From positions 3,720,001-3,784,000 of the forward strand of contig NC_135252.1 of the NCBI RefSeq assembly GCF_964204865.1: DNA of 64,000 nucleotides, written 5' to 3'. The DNA is from Styela clava. Lineage: Eukaryota. Within the stretch, counting starts at the first letter, position 1, and each line of letters starts with the position of its first letter. The position numbers and the translations under genes are program-made. A model generated the notes under the pieces. The model worked only from the letters and a program-made list of their open reading frames with translations. It was not told the origin of the DNA and ran no database searches. Below, piece after piece: positions 37,779 to 54,017 of the stretch.

Positions 37779-39827
37779 ATTATCTTGGTAACTCTGCTAC
37801 GGTTCCCAATTTGCTGATTTGTATAGGGTTATCCGGTAAAGTATCGGAAACCAATCATTTTGTTTTTTATTCAATATTCCTGCAATTCAACAAGATCTGC
37901 ATAATCACGATATATAATGTAAATTAAGAGAATATATCGAATGTTTGTAATCCCACTAATGACTAATAGAAGCTTCTAATTACCTTGCATAACAATGCTC
38001 CCGCTGTCTTTAATACTGTGTGTACATATGTTATTTTGGCAAATATATTGTGGTAGGTTCATTAATGACAACCTTTAATAAAATATGTATTCAATAGTAT
38101 TTATATTTCTTGAACGGGTCTTTTCTTCAATAGTATTTATATTTTTTGAGTCCAATTACTTGTGCACTGAACCCCATTCGAAATTTTACGCATTTCAATT
38201 TTTTACTTTCGCTGTTTGTCAAAATTAGAAAGAGTAGATAACTAAGTTGTGGATGAATGACCCAGCAAATAATGCTGGAGGATAAATATAAAAAGTTGTT
38301 CTGGCTGCAAACCACGCCAGACGTCCACATAGCATGTGCAATAAATCCGGGAAATTCACTCAACACATCTAGCAATTATTGATCAAAAATAGGCATCATT
38401 ATTGCCCAGTGCTAGCGAAACAAAATGAAGATCAGCGTTCAAAATATAACAAACGGAAAGTAACTTGCCAGACAGCAACACACAAAATATGGCAGAGTCA
38501 GGCCGAGATAGGAACCCGTCACAATCACCAAGACCATTCGACGGGACAATTGGAACAATGTACAAGTACCATAGCGCTTCGCCTCCACAAAGTCAAGAAG
38601 AGAGTGGGCAGGGCTGTCGAGCCACCGCTGGTGGTAGTCAGATATTCTTGATGACGTCGATCCGAGTGATCGTACAATTTATCTTCGATCAGGGCTAGTA
38701 AAAGGCAGAGAATCGATAGTGCGATAATGGCTCCGAATAACGGTTCAGCATTTTTAAACGTTAACGAAAACAATGGCCAACTTGCATAGTTATAAATAAC
38801 GACTGCTTGTGGATCTGTAGCTTTTACATTTGTTTATAAAATATTGTATTCCGTCGTATTATAACAAATATCTAAATTTACAGGAAATTTGGATTTGGTT
38901 TATTTAACCATATCGACGTAATATATATATCTTTATTTGAATATACCAAAAATAATCAAGTTCATAAGTCCAAATTGACAATGGATTTTAATTTGCCCAA
39001 AAAGGGTTATTTATAACTGGGAAGTCGTTATTCCGAAGAATGGATTCGCACAGTCGTCGTTCCAATTTATTGCATTTTATCGCCATGATCGTCAGTAAAA
39101 CAACATTTAAAGTATTTCGCGGCGGTGGAGAGTTAAAAATTCATAAAACTGCAGACCTTCATATATTGCACAACAATGTTATTCATTGGCGTTGAGTTTC
39201 TCCGTGTCTAATAGAGCTACAAGTGTGAAGTCATCGTCAAAATAAACAGCAGGGCTTATAATTTTTTCCTTGTCAAAAATAATTTCACGCGTTTTTTTTT
39301 CACATTATATTGCTCTACATCGAGACTGAATTTTGGTTGGTGGAGAAAAGGCTGGCATGAGTAGCCTAACAATCCTGCAGATATAATCCAGACCACTGAG
39401 ATTCAAAACTATTTAACTTAACAGTAAATGCTTTATGTGTTTAGAAACATGTATTTGAGAACAAAATACAGTTGTTATTTGGCAAAAATCTAACATTACA
39501 GACACAATCACTGGATAAGCATGTTATTGTCTACACAGAAATTGGCTGAAATAAGCAGGCATCAAATGTTAAATGCGGAAACATTGTTTTGCATGGGTTG
39601 TTTCATTACTTTAGTTTGATAAGCAGCATTGGGCTATCACGAGTGATGAGTATTGCTCTGAATACATACAGCAAGCAAGCAAATCATTCTGTTGAAAATT
39701 GGCTTCCTTGCCTATTGGAGTGCCATTGTTGATTTGGTTGAAGAAGCATGGAAGGCTATTATCACTATATTTGCCTTTGATGCATTACGAGTTCTGGAGC
39801 CATCTGCAAAGTACACATTCGGCTGAA

Positions 39828-42018
<2,191 letters not shown>

Positions 42019-42661
42019 CTATAGTAAACCAGAAACTATTGTAATGTATAACCTTTTGTGCATACATAATAGGATTTTTATTCTGGCGTGAGTAAATTCA
42101 AGAGCTAGAATTTTGTCCTTATCAATAATTTGAAAAAATAAGCAATTCTACTAATTTTATTCCGAATAAGTGAATATTATCTCCTTACAAGATCAATTCA
42201 ATTCATCAAAGAATACAGCTTTGGGAGGGTGGAGGGCAACTTGTCACAGCGCTAACTCGCCATTGGCAACTCGCCTGCTCCATATTTGATTATGATAAGA
42301 CAGTGCAAGAAGAACTATAATATGCGGTATAGAGATGTAAAGGACCACACTATGATTATTTAACACTAATATTGCATCAGCATTTGAAACTTTGAAAATT
42401 ACTGATATTTCAGCGAGTCGAGTAAAACATCAAAATTATATAGACTATTCAAAATGACTTTGAGTGAATAACAACAACTGACAAAGCTGAAAGTATCTCA
42501 AATTATGTTTTTAAAGTAGTTAAATTGTAACGAAGCTCACGATATCCAAGGAATTCAAAGAATGGCAGTGTCACATCATTATCATTTGAGAATGTTTGAT
42601 AAGAGATTTGTAGCATCATCCAATTTCAGGTATCCAAATAGATCATATTAAGCAATAACAA

Positions 42662-42953
42662 AACGAGAATATCGGTCAGAGACCAAAGACTTATCGATTG
42701 AAAGTTAGGGGATCCCCAAAACAGCGCTCTTGCTCCATAGTGACACCTTGTGTCCAATCACTAATTAATTAATAATTCGCTAATTATACGACATAATTCG
42801 CCCAAAATCAATAGGCTTCTGGTCCGAAATATGATGAATGCACATGCAAAATCTGCAGCAGATCCAATCTCACTTTCGTGAGATATCGCGTGAATCTAAC
42901 AGACAGACAAATATCTATCAACATACTTACCGATTAAAATCGATAAGTAATAA
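42662..42953 (-). mobile_element. HINE/DINE-1-like element, copy 2
   Basis: Reverse complement of the 46016-46314 copy; both subTIRs and the hairpin are present. Confidence 0.8.
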
Positions 42954-44539
42954 ATTAGGAATTTAGTCTTGCTATTAGCAACAAATACTAAAATAAAGTA
43001 TGCGTACATTCGTTATATATAGTCTAGATACCTAAAACACTTACGTAAACTGCGAAAATATGTAACTTGTAAATAAAATATTCCACCCCTTTTATCTGTG
43101 CTTCTATAAGAAAAATTCAAAATTGGGGTTATATATATTATATTGATTATAGAATATTCAACTTTCAACACCAAACTGACAGTGCTATTTCAGTACTGCA
43201 ATATGTAAGTAGTCTATAGACTAGATGATACAGTAATATGACATGATAAAGGATATGTGGATCAACGGATGTACTTAATGCAAAGAAACCCGAAATCTGA
43301 TAAATCACTACCGGTATCTGAAAAAATCCCCCTACAGCCCTAACAGTGGCAGCGCAGCTTTGGTTTAGAGATGTTACTTGATTTTATCTATTTACCGTTA
43401 GTCTATATCAGGGTGGGCAAACTGCGGCTCAAAGAAGATTTTTGTGTGGCATGCAAAAGCCTTGAACAAATAGCCTACTTGAAAACAAATAAAAGTCATG
43501 AAAAAAATTACTACAATTCTGTAAAATTCGATTCATAACAAGCATAGCCTATCCGCATAAGTAATACCTCTGGCTCTGGGAATGTCAAAAAAATATACCG
43601 GTAACTTAGATGGTTAATTTATCAGTTTGTAGGGTTTGATGACAATATCAGCGGTGCACTGCAGTTCTCAGATGTCTCAACATCTGGTTAAATACAACGA
43701 ACATTCTATTCGTCTCTGATTAAGCCTAAGCCGTCTTACTGACTTTCCTCTTCCCCGGCAGCCCGGGATAAATACGTACCGTACATCCTAAATCCTATCA
43801 GGACAGATGCTTAAGGCAAGGCAAAAATGAAATAAAAACAGCGCGAAGCAGGAATGGAGGATGTTTCCTCAACCCTTGACCCCAGAGAAATTATCTTAGT
43901 ACTTTATTTTGGAGGTGGTTTGTAAAAAGGTGACAACTCGGCCCTAATTTGCGGTGGTTCAGAATCACCGCACCTTTATAGCACGCGAAGCGTAGGTTGA
44001 AAAACAACTGGGACATGAATAATGAAAAGCAGCACCCCTAGTCCCCACCCATTAAGATTGCTCTATCCCAACTTCTATCTTTTTGGCATATATTCGTGAA
44101 TTAAGGTCCTGTTCGCCAAAGTTAATATAAAACATTCAGCCCTATCAGACAAAAATAAAGAAATCTTGATCTGTCAAAAATGCGTGTTTGTTTGTGAAAG
44201 AAATAATATATGCTGGTACGTCGAAGGGCCTACTGTTTCACTTTTCAATTGATTACCCTGAATAAATTTGCCCAAGACGGGCTTATGTAATTAAATATTA
44301 TGATTTTTGAGCGTTCTTGTAGTGGGACACAAAGTTGTTAGCTGCAGTTAGGAATTTTGCCATGTTTGCAGTACAAGTTTAGTATGATAATTTATAATAC
44401 ATAGAAATGAAACATATGAGTAATAAAAATGTTGAGGAGTAATAAAATGGTGATGAGGTTCCTCTGTAATTATCTATCTACAGTATATCCATACCTACGT
44501 CTATATCTATACCTACAAAAAAAAATAGATTTACTGAAA

Positions 44540-45264
44540 CTCATGGAGCCATACATGACCGTGTTGTCTGTATGGTAAACACTCAGTTCAGTGATTCAGA
44601 AATTGAAAGGGAGAAGGAAGTTGAAGACATAGTCCAGAAATCAGGGCATGATTCGTGTGTGTTATATTCGTCAGAACAAGTATCGCTGGCTTCAGACAGA
44701 AATACAGATGATGAATATATTAGATGCTCAGAATGATGCCACCAATAACTAGCACATATATAGCGTCAGAGTCTAGGGAAGTATTTTCCACACAGTCAGC
44801 ATCTAAGACAAATATGACCTTGAGTTCAGAAGCAGATAGATAGATGTAGAACATCAAGAAACAAGTCGTCATCAAACATCTATGACTGACATTCAAATGC
44901 GATGGAGAGCAAGATCTACACTACAAGTTGCGTGTAACTTCAAAAGGCCACCTTTACCTCCTCAGCCAGAAAAGACATCGACGTGTTTACAATATTTTCA
45001 GCAGTTTTTTGATAATAATAATTTAATTGATCACATTGCAGAACTGACCAATTTGTATTCGGTACAGAAAGTAGAATTTTCCGATGCTACAAACCACAAC
45101 GAATTCGAACAATATTTGGGAGTAGTTGGACATCCATGATGGGCATTCTGGAATTACCGCGTTATCGAATGTATTGGGCACAAGAGACTAGAAAACAACC
45201 AATGGAAAATGTAAGTCCAAGAAAATGTAATTCTATTCCTCAAGAAGAAAAGCATGCACTAGAT
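44540..45264 (+). pseudogene. piggyBac (PGBD-like) transposase fossil, N-terminal part
   Basis: YFQQFFDNNNLIDHIAELTNLYSVQK...EFEQYLG..MMGILELPRYRMYW...IPQEEKHALD; broken frames; interrupted at 45265 by a hAT end (caggggttcccaaacc). Confidence 0.75.
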
Positions 45265-46015
45265 CAGGGGTTCCCAAACCTTTTCAGCTTGCGGCACACT
45301 AACAACAACATTAAAAAGTCGCGGCACACTTATTACAAATCAGTTTTATTAAATCCCGTATTCGTAAATATTATGTGTATCGGCATTAAATATGATTAAA
45401 ACAAGATTTTGTGGGTCAATTGTAACGAGTCTTTATCGTTTTTAGTCTTTTATTTCTGTCAGCGCATGAAATTAATATTTGCAAAATCATGAAAATGCGA
45501 ATGGGAAAAATATTTTGTTGTACTATATGTCTATATATATATATATTGCAAGGGTGGCCAACACGCCGATCGCGATAGACCGGTCGATCGCGTTTGATGT
45601 TGAGTAAATTTGCCAAAATTCCAAGCGAGCAAAGAATCGGACTTGAAGAATATTGTAAATTAGATAGAGAAGTTTGAGCAGTCATGGAACATTTATGGTT
45701 TGAGATTGTTCATTATTCGCTGTTTAGATAGTACATGGACACTTTCATTCAAGGTTTTTGGAGAAATTGAAAACACTTACAACTGAAAATTAGACAGGCC
45801 CTAGATCTGAAGTGTATGATTTCAATAAATCTGAAATAAATGATAAAAATTCTACTCCGGGTACAATTACATAATCAAAAAATTAACAAATTGAATGGAA
45901 TATGAAAAATGCCTACTTTTGTGGCAATTTCATTGAGAATGCGCCCGCGGAGCCGAGCTTATTGGCAGTAGTGGAATTTTTGTATGCGTGTGTGCGGTTA
46001 TCTGCGTATTCGTAT

Positions 46016-46314
46016 TCATTACTTGTCGATTTTAATCGGTAAGTATGTTGATAGGTATTTGTCTGTCTGTATGTCTGTTAGATGCACGCGATATCTCACG
46101 GAAGCGAGATTGAATCTGGTCCAGATTTTGCATGTGCATTCATTTTATCTCGGACCAGAAGCCCATTGATTTTGGACAAATTATGCCGTATAATTAGCAA
46201 GTCATTAATTAATTAGTAATGGGACACAAGGTGTCACTATGGAGTAAGAGCGCTGTTTTGGGATCCCCTAACTTTCGATCGATAAGTCTTCGGTCTCTGA
46301 CCGATATTCTCGTT
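46016..46314 (+). mobile_element. HINE/DINE-1-like element, copy 3
   Basis: 5' acttgtcgat-ttta-atcggtaagt; TCTG repeats; 3' atcgataagt followed by hairpin tcggt-ctctg-accga and tattctcgtt. Confidence 0.8.
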
Positions 46315-46398
46315 CATTTTTGTTTATGACATTACAACCGATCAGTCGATCGCGAGCTATTTTGAAAATTTCAGTCAATCGCGGTCGGAAGCAGGTTG

Positions 46399-47005
46399 TG
46401 TCGGCAGTCCGTGTGGTCCTAAAGTTTAGTTTAGTTAGGATCCCTTCAGTTGTACATCGTCATCGTGATGATTATCGCTAACTCGTCGTCGTCATCATTA
46501 CTGTGTTGTTTTCTCGTATTCGACGTGTCGCATTTTTCTCTTTCACGTGTTATCGTTTTACGTATTTATTTTATTATCGTCCCCTAAGCTCAGCAAGATG
46601 TTTAAGATTGCATTTCTGGTGGTAGCAGTTTAGGATTTCATTTCTTGTTATGGCAGTTTAAGATTACATCGCCTTTATAGCGTTGAAGTTTGAATTCATT
46701 CAGTAGTCTCCTTTTATACTGTATTTCGAATCGTTCGATATAACATTATGATATTTGCATGTCTACAGCTCGTATTGTATTGCATTTATAGTTACTGTTT
46801 TACCTTGGTTGTATATCTGTCGTTTTGGGACTATGCTATTATATGGAGTTGTTTTGTGTAAGTATTAGTTTTATATTCTGTATCATTTGTCTTTGATTTA
46901 TTTGGTGCTAATTATTTCATTTGTATTTTAGTCAACCGTTTTGAATACTTTCAATAAAACGAGTCTGGCAAATCGACTTATCATTTCCGGGTCCCAAAAG
47001 TGACA
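46399..47005 (+). repeat. 5' LTR
   Basis: tgtcggcagtccgtg...aaaagtgaca; about 6 substitutions relative to the 3' LTR by eye. Confidence 0.96.
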
Positions 47006-47033
47006 AAGTTGAACAAATCTCCCTGCGACGACG

Positions 47034-50000
47034 ATGAACGAAGCAGATGAATCAATTACACAAGATTTGAATAGACGAGAAGCTTCTTCTTCGCCTGCAG
47101 TTCCTCTCGCGGAAACAGACGACGGTAACTCTGAAACTATTGGACGCAATGTATTATGCCACGAAAGACTACAAAATGAACTAAATGGTTTGTGCGACAG
47201 ATTTTCAAAATCGATTACTGAAAATGCTCAAAATCCTATCGTTACTGATCTTAAAATTAAACTTCATGTTAAACGAATTGCTTATGACCAAGTGATGGAT
47301 AAACTCATTCCGACTACCCGTAATCCAAATGTTTTGAAGAAATATGAAACTGGAATGCAAATGATGTTATCGAAAATCGATCAAATTGAAAGCAGAAATT
47401 TTATTCTTACCTTGACGAGGAGATCGTTTCTGATCATTGGTCTGCCGAATCCAATACAAGCAAATGCAGTGTTGAATCACTGAAGCGATTGCAACTTGAG
47501 CAAGAACGAGAGGTAGAAAGAGCCGATTCTCTTGTACGTATGGCTAAACGAGACTTTCTCACAGAAGAAGATACCATTCGCAATAAAATATCAGCACTAG
47601 AGCGTCGCCTTGATCACAAACGTCGAGACATAAACGAAAAAGAACGAATGGCAGATCTAACACGTCGCCAAGCTGACGAACTTATGCGTGAAATTGAACA
47701 AGAAAAGACTGAATTGGCTACCAAAAAGATGCCTAAAGATAACTTACGTGGCGTCAATATTGAATATCCGTTAGAGTCAACACGCAGACGAAGTGCAGCG
47801 AACTTTTTTGTTCCGACGAAGAGTCAAGTGACAACAAATTCAGAAAAGACCAAAGAATTGCACTTCCCGACAGCACGAACTTACAAACGCCCGTCTCCTG
47901 CAAACAGAATGCTTATACCACAAGAAGCAGTCGACGCGTGGATTGACCACTTGGAACCTAACCAGTCTGGTAAATTTTCTGTTAATTCTTTTAATATGTC
48001 AGTAGAGGAACAAACTATGTTATCATTACAGTTGAATTCTAGAATATTGTCCCAGTACCATTTATCACCGATTACGATTCCTAGTTTTAGCGGAACGACC
48101 CTAGAATGGCCAAACTTTATTGAGTTATTTTTTGATAATGTACACAGTTCTCTTGACGACGACGGTTCGCGTATGGTTCGCTTAGTCGCGTCTTTGACGG
48201 GGGTGGCTAAACGACATGTCGATGGCTTAGGGACGGTGGGAAGTAATTTATTGTCGCGTTGAGTGAATTGAAACATATATTCGGCCAACGGGTGACGATT
48301 GCTCGGGTCTTTATCGAGAAGGTTGTAGATGGTAGACGAGTAACAGAATTCAGTATCCGGAAAATATCTGATTTTCATTCTGAAGTTCGCGACATTGTGA
48401 TAAATTTGAAGAAAATGCGATTGCTTGCAGATTTGTATAGTATTGAAAATGTTAGAAAGACAGCAATGCGAATTCCGACCGAACTGACCTCGAGTTGGAA
48501 TAAGTTTGTGACTGATATGATTCGTGCCGACGAAATGCCGAGTTTACTGGACTTCGAGCAGTGGTTGTGGGAACGATGCGAGGAATTAGGAAATCCTTTT
48601 TCACCAAATCTTTTCAGAACTAAAATAGATCGTGACGATCGCAGACAGTCATTTCCTAAGAAGAATGTGGTATACCCTTTATCGGGTCATTCAAATCAGC
48701 CGCTCGACCAACCGCGAATGCAATGTTTCTATTGCAATGGTTTTCATTCTTTGAGTAACTGCGATAGCTTCGGGTTTAGTGCCAATGACACGAAAAGAAG
48801 ATTTCTACTAGATTCACGCCTGTGTTTTAACTGTCTCGAACCTGGACATTTAGCTATTTCGTGCCGGTTCCGCAATATGTGTCGTGTTTGTCCTAGTAAG
48901 CATCATTCAGCCATCTATGGTTTGAGAATCGTTCCTAATAGATTGAGTGATAACAATCAGCCTGATCTTCCTCCTCATATGAGCGGCGTTGCCAATTCTC
49001 ATATTTCAGGCGTTAATGGTGTTCAGTTTCAGATTTTGCCAGTCGTAGTAAAAGGCCCATTGGGATCCTCTGAATATGCTATTGCTGTTCTAGATTCTGC
49101 CAGTCAAATCTCAATAATACATCCCAAATTAAAACAAAAACTTGGTTTAAAAGGAAGTCCTAGGTGTCTAACCATTAACACCTTATGCAATAAGGGCGTT
49201 TCGCAAAATACGGAGGTGGTGAAATTGTCGGTGCGATCTGCTCACGACGAGAGTGGTCAAATTCTGATGTTAAGCAACGTGTTTGTGGTCGAGTCACGCA
49301 TACCACATCCAGCTAGAATCCTTAAGAACGATCACAATATGACTCACCTGCAGGATATTCCGTTAACCGACATTGAAGCGAACAAAGCTATGATTTTAAT
49401 CGGAGCCGATAATCCCTTAGCGCATTTCTAGCTTGAACGTAGAGTCGGCCAGCAACATGAACCAGTGGGTATTAAAACTCCTCTCGGTTGGACTTTGATC
49501 GGGTCTTTAGGCGCGATTAATGAAGATGAAACTGTTTCAAATATGCTGTGTTGTGATTTGCGTGACCAGTATAACATGCTGCAAGAACAAGTCGAGCGAT
49601 TTTGGTCCACTGAAGCTGTAGGCACGGCGTACAATTTGACCCGTAGCGAGTCGATTGAAGATAGACAAACTGATAATTTGATGGAAAAAAAAATTAGATT
49701 TATCGACGGTCATTACGAGGTTAGGTTTATGTGGAGAAATGAAAATTGCGAAATGCCGCAAAACGAACACGTAGCGCTTAACAGGTTCGAAAATCTTAGA
49801 AAACGACTCCAAGGAAACGAACGTTTGCGAAACTTATATTGTAAAGAAATGGCAAAGAATATTGAAAGGGGTTGGGTGCGTAAGCTAACTTCAGATGAAA
49901 AGGCGTTTCGCGGTCCTCGAACTTGGTTTCTGCCTCATCATGGCGTTGAAAATCCCAACAAGCAAAATAAAATAAGAATTGTTTTTGACGCGGCATCTAC

Positions 50001-53000
50001 TTGCTGCGGCGTCAGTCTGAACAGTCGATTGATGTCCGGGCGCGATTTGATCAATAATCTAGTCGGGGTGCTTTTACGTTTTCGGGAAAGACCAATCGCT
50101 ATAAACGCCGATATAGAAGCCATGTTTCATATGATTTGATTGCCGGAAGATGATACGGATTCTGCACGTTTCCTCTGGTCGGAAGACCTTTTTTCAACCA
50201 AACGGCCAGATGTGTATAAATTCTTAGTTCGTATTTTTGGAGCTGTGGATTCACCTTATGTCGCAAACTTTTGTTTGAAGAGAGCTGCGTACGATAGTAG
50301 AAATAAGTTTCCTAGAGACGTAATATTAACTACCGATAGAGACTTTTACGCCGATGATTTACTTACTTCGAAATGGAATGTTGATTCCGCGGTATCGACA
50401 GCTAAAGATATGATTAAGATGTTACACGATAAAGGATTCAAGTTGACCGAGTGGGTTTCGAATTCTAAATCGGTTTTACGTGAAATATCCAGTGGACGTG
50501 TCGTCACTAATGTTGACTTAGATCTGGTCAGATTACCTGTTAGAAAAGCTCTTGGCTTGCATTGGGACATCGAGAAGGATTGCTTTATATTCGACCACCA
50601 GAAATTTACTGAATTTACCACGAAAAGAAAGGCCCTTAGTGTAACCAGTTCAATATTCGATCCACTAGGATTTGTAGCACCAATCATATTGTATGCCAAA
50701 TTATTACTGCGGGAATGTTGGCGTGACAATTTAGCTTGGGACGAAGTATTCGATAATAAGAGATTGAAGTGTTGGGAAAATTGGATAAATTCGCTGAAAT
50801 GTTTAAAGAGTTTTTTGATTCCACGTCAATTTAAAGGTGTTAAATGTGAAAGTTCCTCGTATGAAATTCATATATTCTGTGATGCATCAGAAGTGGCATA
50901 TGGCGCGGTAGCATACATAATATCGAAGCATTCCCGGGAGAATTTTCAGTGTAGTCTTATCGCGGCTAAAGCAAGAGTCGCACCTATGAAAGGTATGACC
51001 GTGCCTCGTTTAGAATTGCAAGGTGCTCTCTTGGCCGTGCGATTGTTAAATTTTCTCCGAAAAGAACTATCCCTTCCACTAGGCGACGTACATATGTGGT
51101 CCGACTCGACTTGTGTATTGAGATATTTAAAAAATAAAACTCGAAGATTTAAAACATTTGTAGCCAATCGCGTTCGCGAAATACTCGATCACACTCGGCC
51201 ACACCAATGGAAGTACGTCGACTCCGCACAGAATCCCGCTGATTACTGCACTAGGGGAATGACGGTTTCCAGATTTCTAGAAAATTTTGATCGATGGCTA
51301 CATGGACCAGAGTTTTTGCTCATGCCCGAAAGTGATTGGCCAAGCCAGATAGCGTTACGTGCAGTTGACGACTATGACCAAGAGATTAAATATCAAACAT
51401 GCATAATAGCAGATTGTTTTATAACCGCGGATAACCCGTGCCTCGTTTAGAATTGCAAGGTGCTCTCTTGGCCGTGCGATTGTTAAATTTTCTCCGAAAA
51501 GAACTATCCCTTCCACTAGGCGACGTACATATGTGGTCCGACTCGACTTGTGTATTGAGATATTTAAAAAATAAAACTCGAAGATTTAAAACATTTGTAG
51601 CCAATCGCGTTCGCGAAATACTCGATCACACTCGGCCACACCAATGGAAGTACGTCGACTCCGCACAGAATCCCGCTGATTACTGCACTAGGGGAATGAC
51701 GGTTTCCAGATTTCTAGAAAATTTTGATCGATGGCTACATGGACCAGAGTTTTTGCTCATGCCCGAAAGTGATTGGCCAAGCCAGATAGCGTTACGTGCA
51801 GTTGACGACTATGACCAAGAGATTAAATATCAAACATGCATAATAGCAGATTGTTTTATAACCGCGGATAACAGCGATGGAGTACTTGATTCGGAAATCG
51901 AAAAGGTCGTTGATGTCAAACGTTTTGATTCGTGGTTTTCCTTATGCAAACGAACTGCCGTGGTTTTGTTGGCAGCTCGGTATTTTAAGAATCTTTCTGT
52001 GAAATGTCCGACGTATAGCCCGCTGCCAGCTCAACTTGTGACGCCTAAACAGTTGGAACTCGCGGGCCGGTATTGGATAGTTTCTGCTCAAAACAAGCAT
52101 TTCCGCGTGGAGCGCAAATGCATAACTAACGGAGAAGATTTATCATCAAAATCAACGTTACTTAATTTGACGCCATTTTTCGATGGACAAGTGATCCGCG
52201 TCGGGGGCCGTCTTGAAAATGCCAATATCCCACTGCGTTCGAAACATCCTATTATACTGCCGTATTCAAGTTTGAAATGTGATTCGAACTGCCCATGTCG
52301 AATTTCATGGTTGATAATGAAAGCTGCTCATATTCGACTCGCACATGCCGGTCCAGAGGCCACGCTTAGCGAATTAAGACAGCGCTACTGGCATATAAAA
52401 GGGAGAAAACTTGTCAAACGAATAATTGATAATTGTTGGGAATGTAAAAGACGTCGAGCAAGTTGCAGAACCCCACTGATGTCGAATCTGCCCAAAGTTC
52501 GTGTTACTGAAGCAAGACCGTTCGAAAATGTCGGGCTGGATTTCTTCGGCCCGATTCAAACAGAGGCAGGGTTTTAGAGAAACGATGGGGGTGTTTGTTT
52601 TGTTGTCTTTCAATGAGAGCTGGACTATGGATACCGATTCCTTCATATGTGTACTTTTGTCTTTCATTGCGATACGAGGACCTGTATCCCAAATATGGTC
52701 GGACAACGGATCAAATATAGTTGGTGGTTCCCGAGAGCTGAAAACCGTCATTAACTCGATAGATAAATCTCGCGTGGCAGAACTGTGCTTAAAACACAAT
52801 ATTGAATGGCATTTCACTCCACCTTACGCTCCCCATTTTGGTGGCGTTTGGGAAAGATTAGTAAAGTCCGCAAAGCGTGCTTAGAAAGCAGTTCTGGGGA
52901 ATGTGCGCGTAACCGACGAAGTCCTGAAGACCGCGTTTGCGAGGGTTACCGACATCATGAATAGTAGACCCATTACAACAGTGAGCGACGAACCAACCGA

Positions 53001-53382
53001 TTTTAGTGCCATTACACCAAATTGTTTGTTGAAAGGGCATTCGGCCGAAGTGTTTCCACTGGATTCAGACGTAATGAAATTATGCTACAGAAAACGATGG
53101 AGGCAAACCGAAGCTATTTGTAATCAGTTTTGGAGAAGATGGCGAAAAGATTACCTACCGAATTTGATGACACGGTGTAAGTGGCGGAAGGAACAACGAA
53201 ACTTACAAGAAGGAAATCTGGTGCTCGTTTCTGACCCCGTTGCACCGAGAGGACGTTGGCAACTTGGTCGTGTTATTCAAATTTACCCTGGTTCTGACGG
53301 ACGAGTCCGAACTGCCGCGGTTAAAACTATAAATGGCATATATATTCGACGCGCATCGAAAATCTGCCTCCTAGAAGAATGA
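47034..53382 (+). pseudogene. Disrupted gag-pol polyprotein of the BEL/Pao element
   Basis: ORF pieces 47034-47483, 47489-48262, 48259-49431, 49465-50139, 50140-51450, 51438-52577, 52501-52884 and 52903-53382, separated by stops and frameshifts. Confidence 0.92.
50999..51872 (+). repeat. Exact tandem duplication of 437 bp within the RNase H region
   Basis: 50999-51435 equals 51436-51872 (ccgtgcctcgtttagaattg...accgcggataac). Confidence 0.95.
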
Positions 53383-53410
53383 CTTCCTGCGGATAGTCAT
53401 GGGGTGGCTT

Positions 53411-54017
53411 TGTCGGCAGTCCGTGTGGTCCTAAAGTTTAGTTTAGTTAGGATTCCTTCAGTTGTACATCGTCATCGTGATGATTATCGCTAACTCGTCG
53501 TCGTCATCATTACTGTGTTGTTTTCTCGTATTCGACGTGTCCCATTTTTCTCTTTCACGTGTTATCGTTTTACGTATTTATTTTATTATCGTCCCCTAAG
53601 CTCAGCAAGATGTTTAAGGTTGCATTTCTGGTGGTAGCAGTTTAGGATTTCATTTCTTGTTATGGCAGTTTAAGATTACATCGCCTTTATAGCGTTGAAG
53701 TTTGAATTCATTCAGTAGTCTCCTTTTATACTGTATTTCGAATCGTTCGATATAACATTATGATATTTGCATGTCTACAGCTCGTATTGTATTGCATTTA
53801 TAGTTACTGTTTTACCTTGGTTGTATATCTGTCGTTTTGGGACTATACTGTTATATGGAGTTGTTTTGTGTAAGTATTAGTTTTATATTCTGTATCATTT
53901 GTCTTTGATTTATTTGGTGCTAATTATTTCATTTGTATTTTAGTCAACCGTTTTGAATACTTTCTATAAAACGAGTCTGGCAAATCGACTTATCATTTCC
54001 GGGTCCCAAAAGTGACA
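53411..54017 (+). repeat. 3' LTR
   Basis: Direct repeat of 46399-47005, preceded by a G-rich tract (atggggtggctt). Confidence 0.96.

Larger units (their letters stand above)
46399..54017 (+). mobile_element. Full-length BEL/Pao LTR retrotransposon (defective)
   Basis: TG...CA LTRs of 607 bp; 5-bp TSD GGTTG (46394-46398 and 54018-54022); gag with three Zn knuckles, then protease LDSAS, RT YADD, RNase H FCDAS and integrase (SDNG, GGVWERLV), in BEL/Pao order. Confidence 0.97.
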
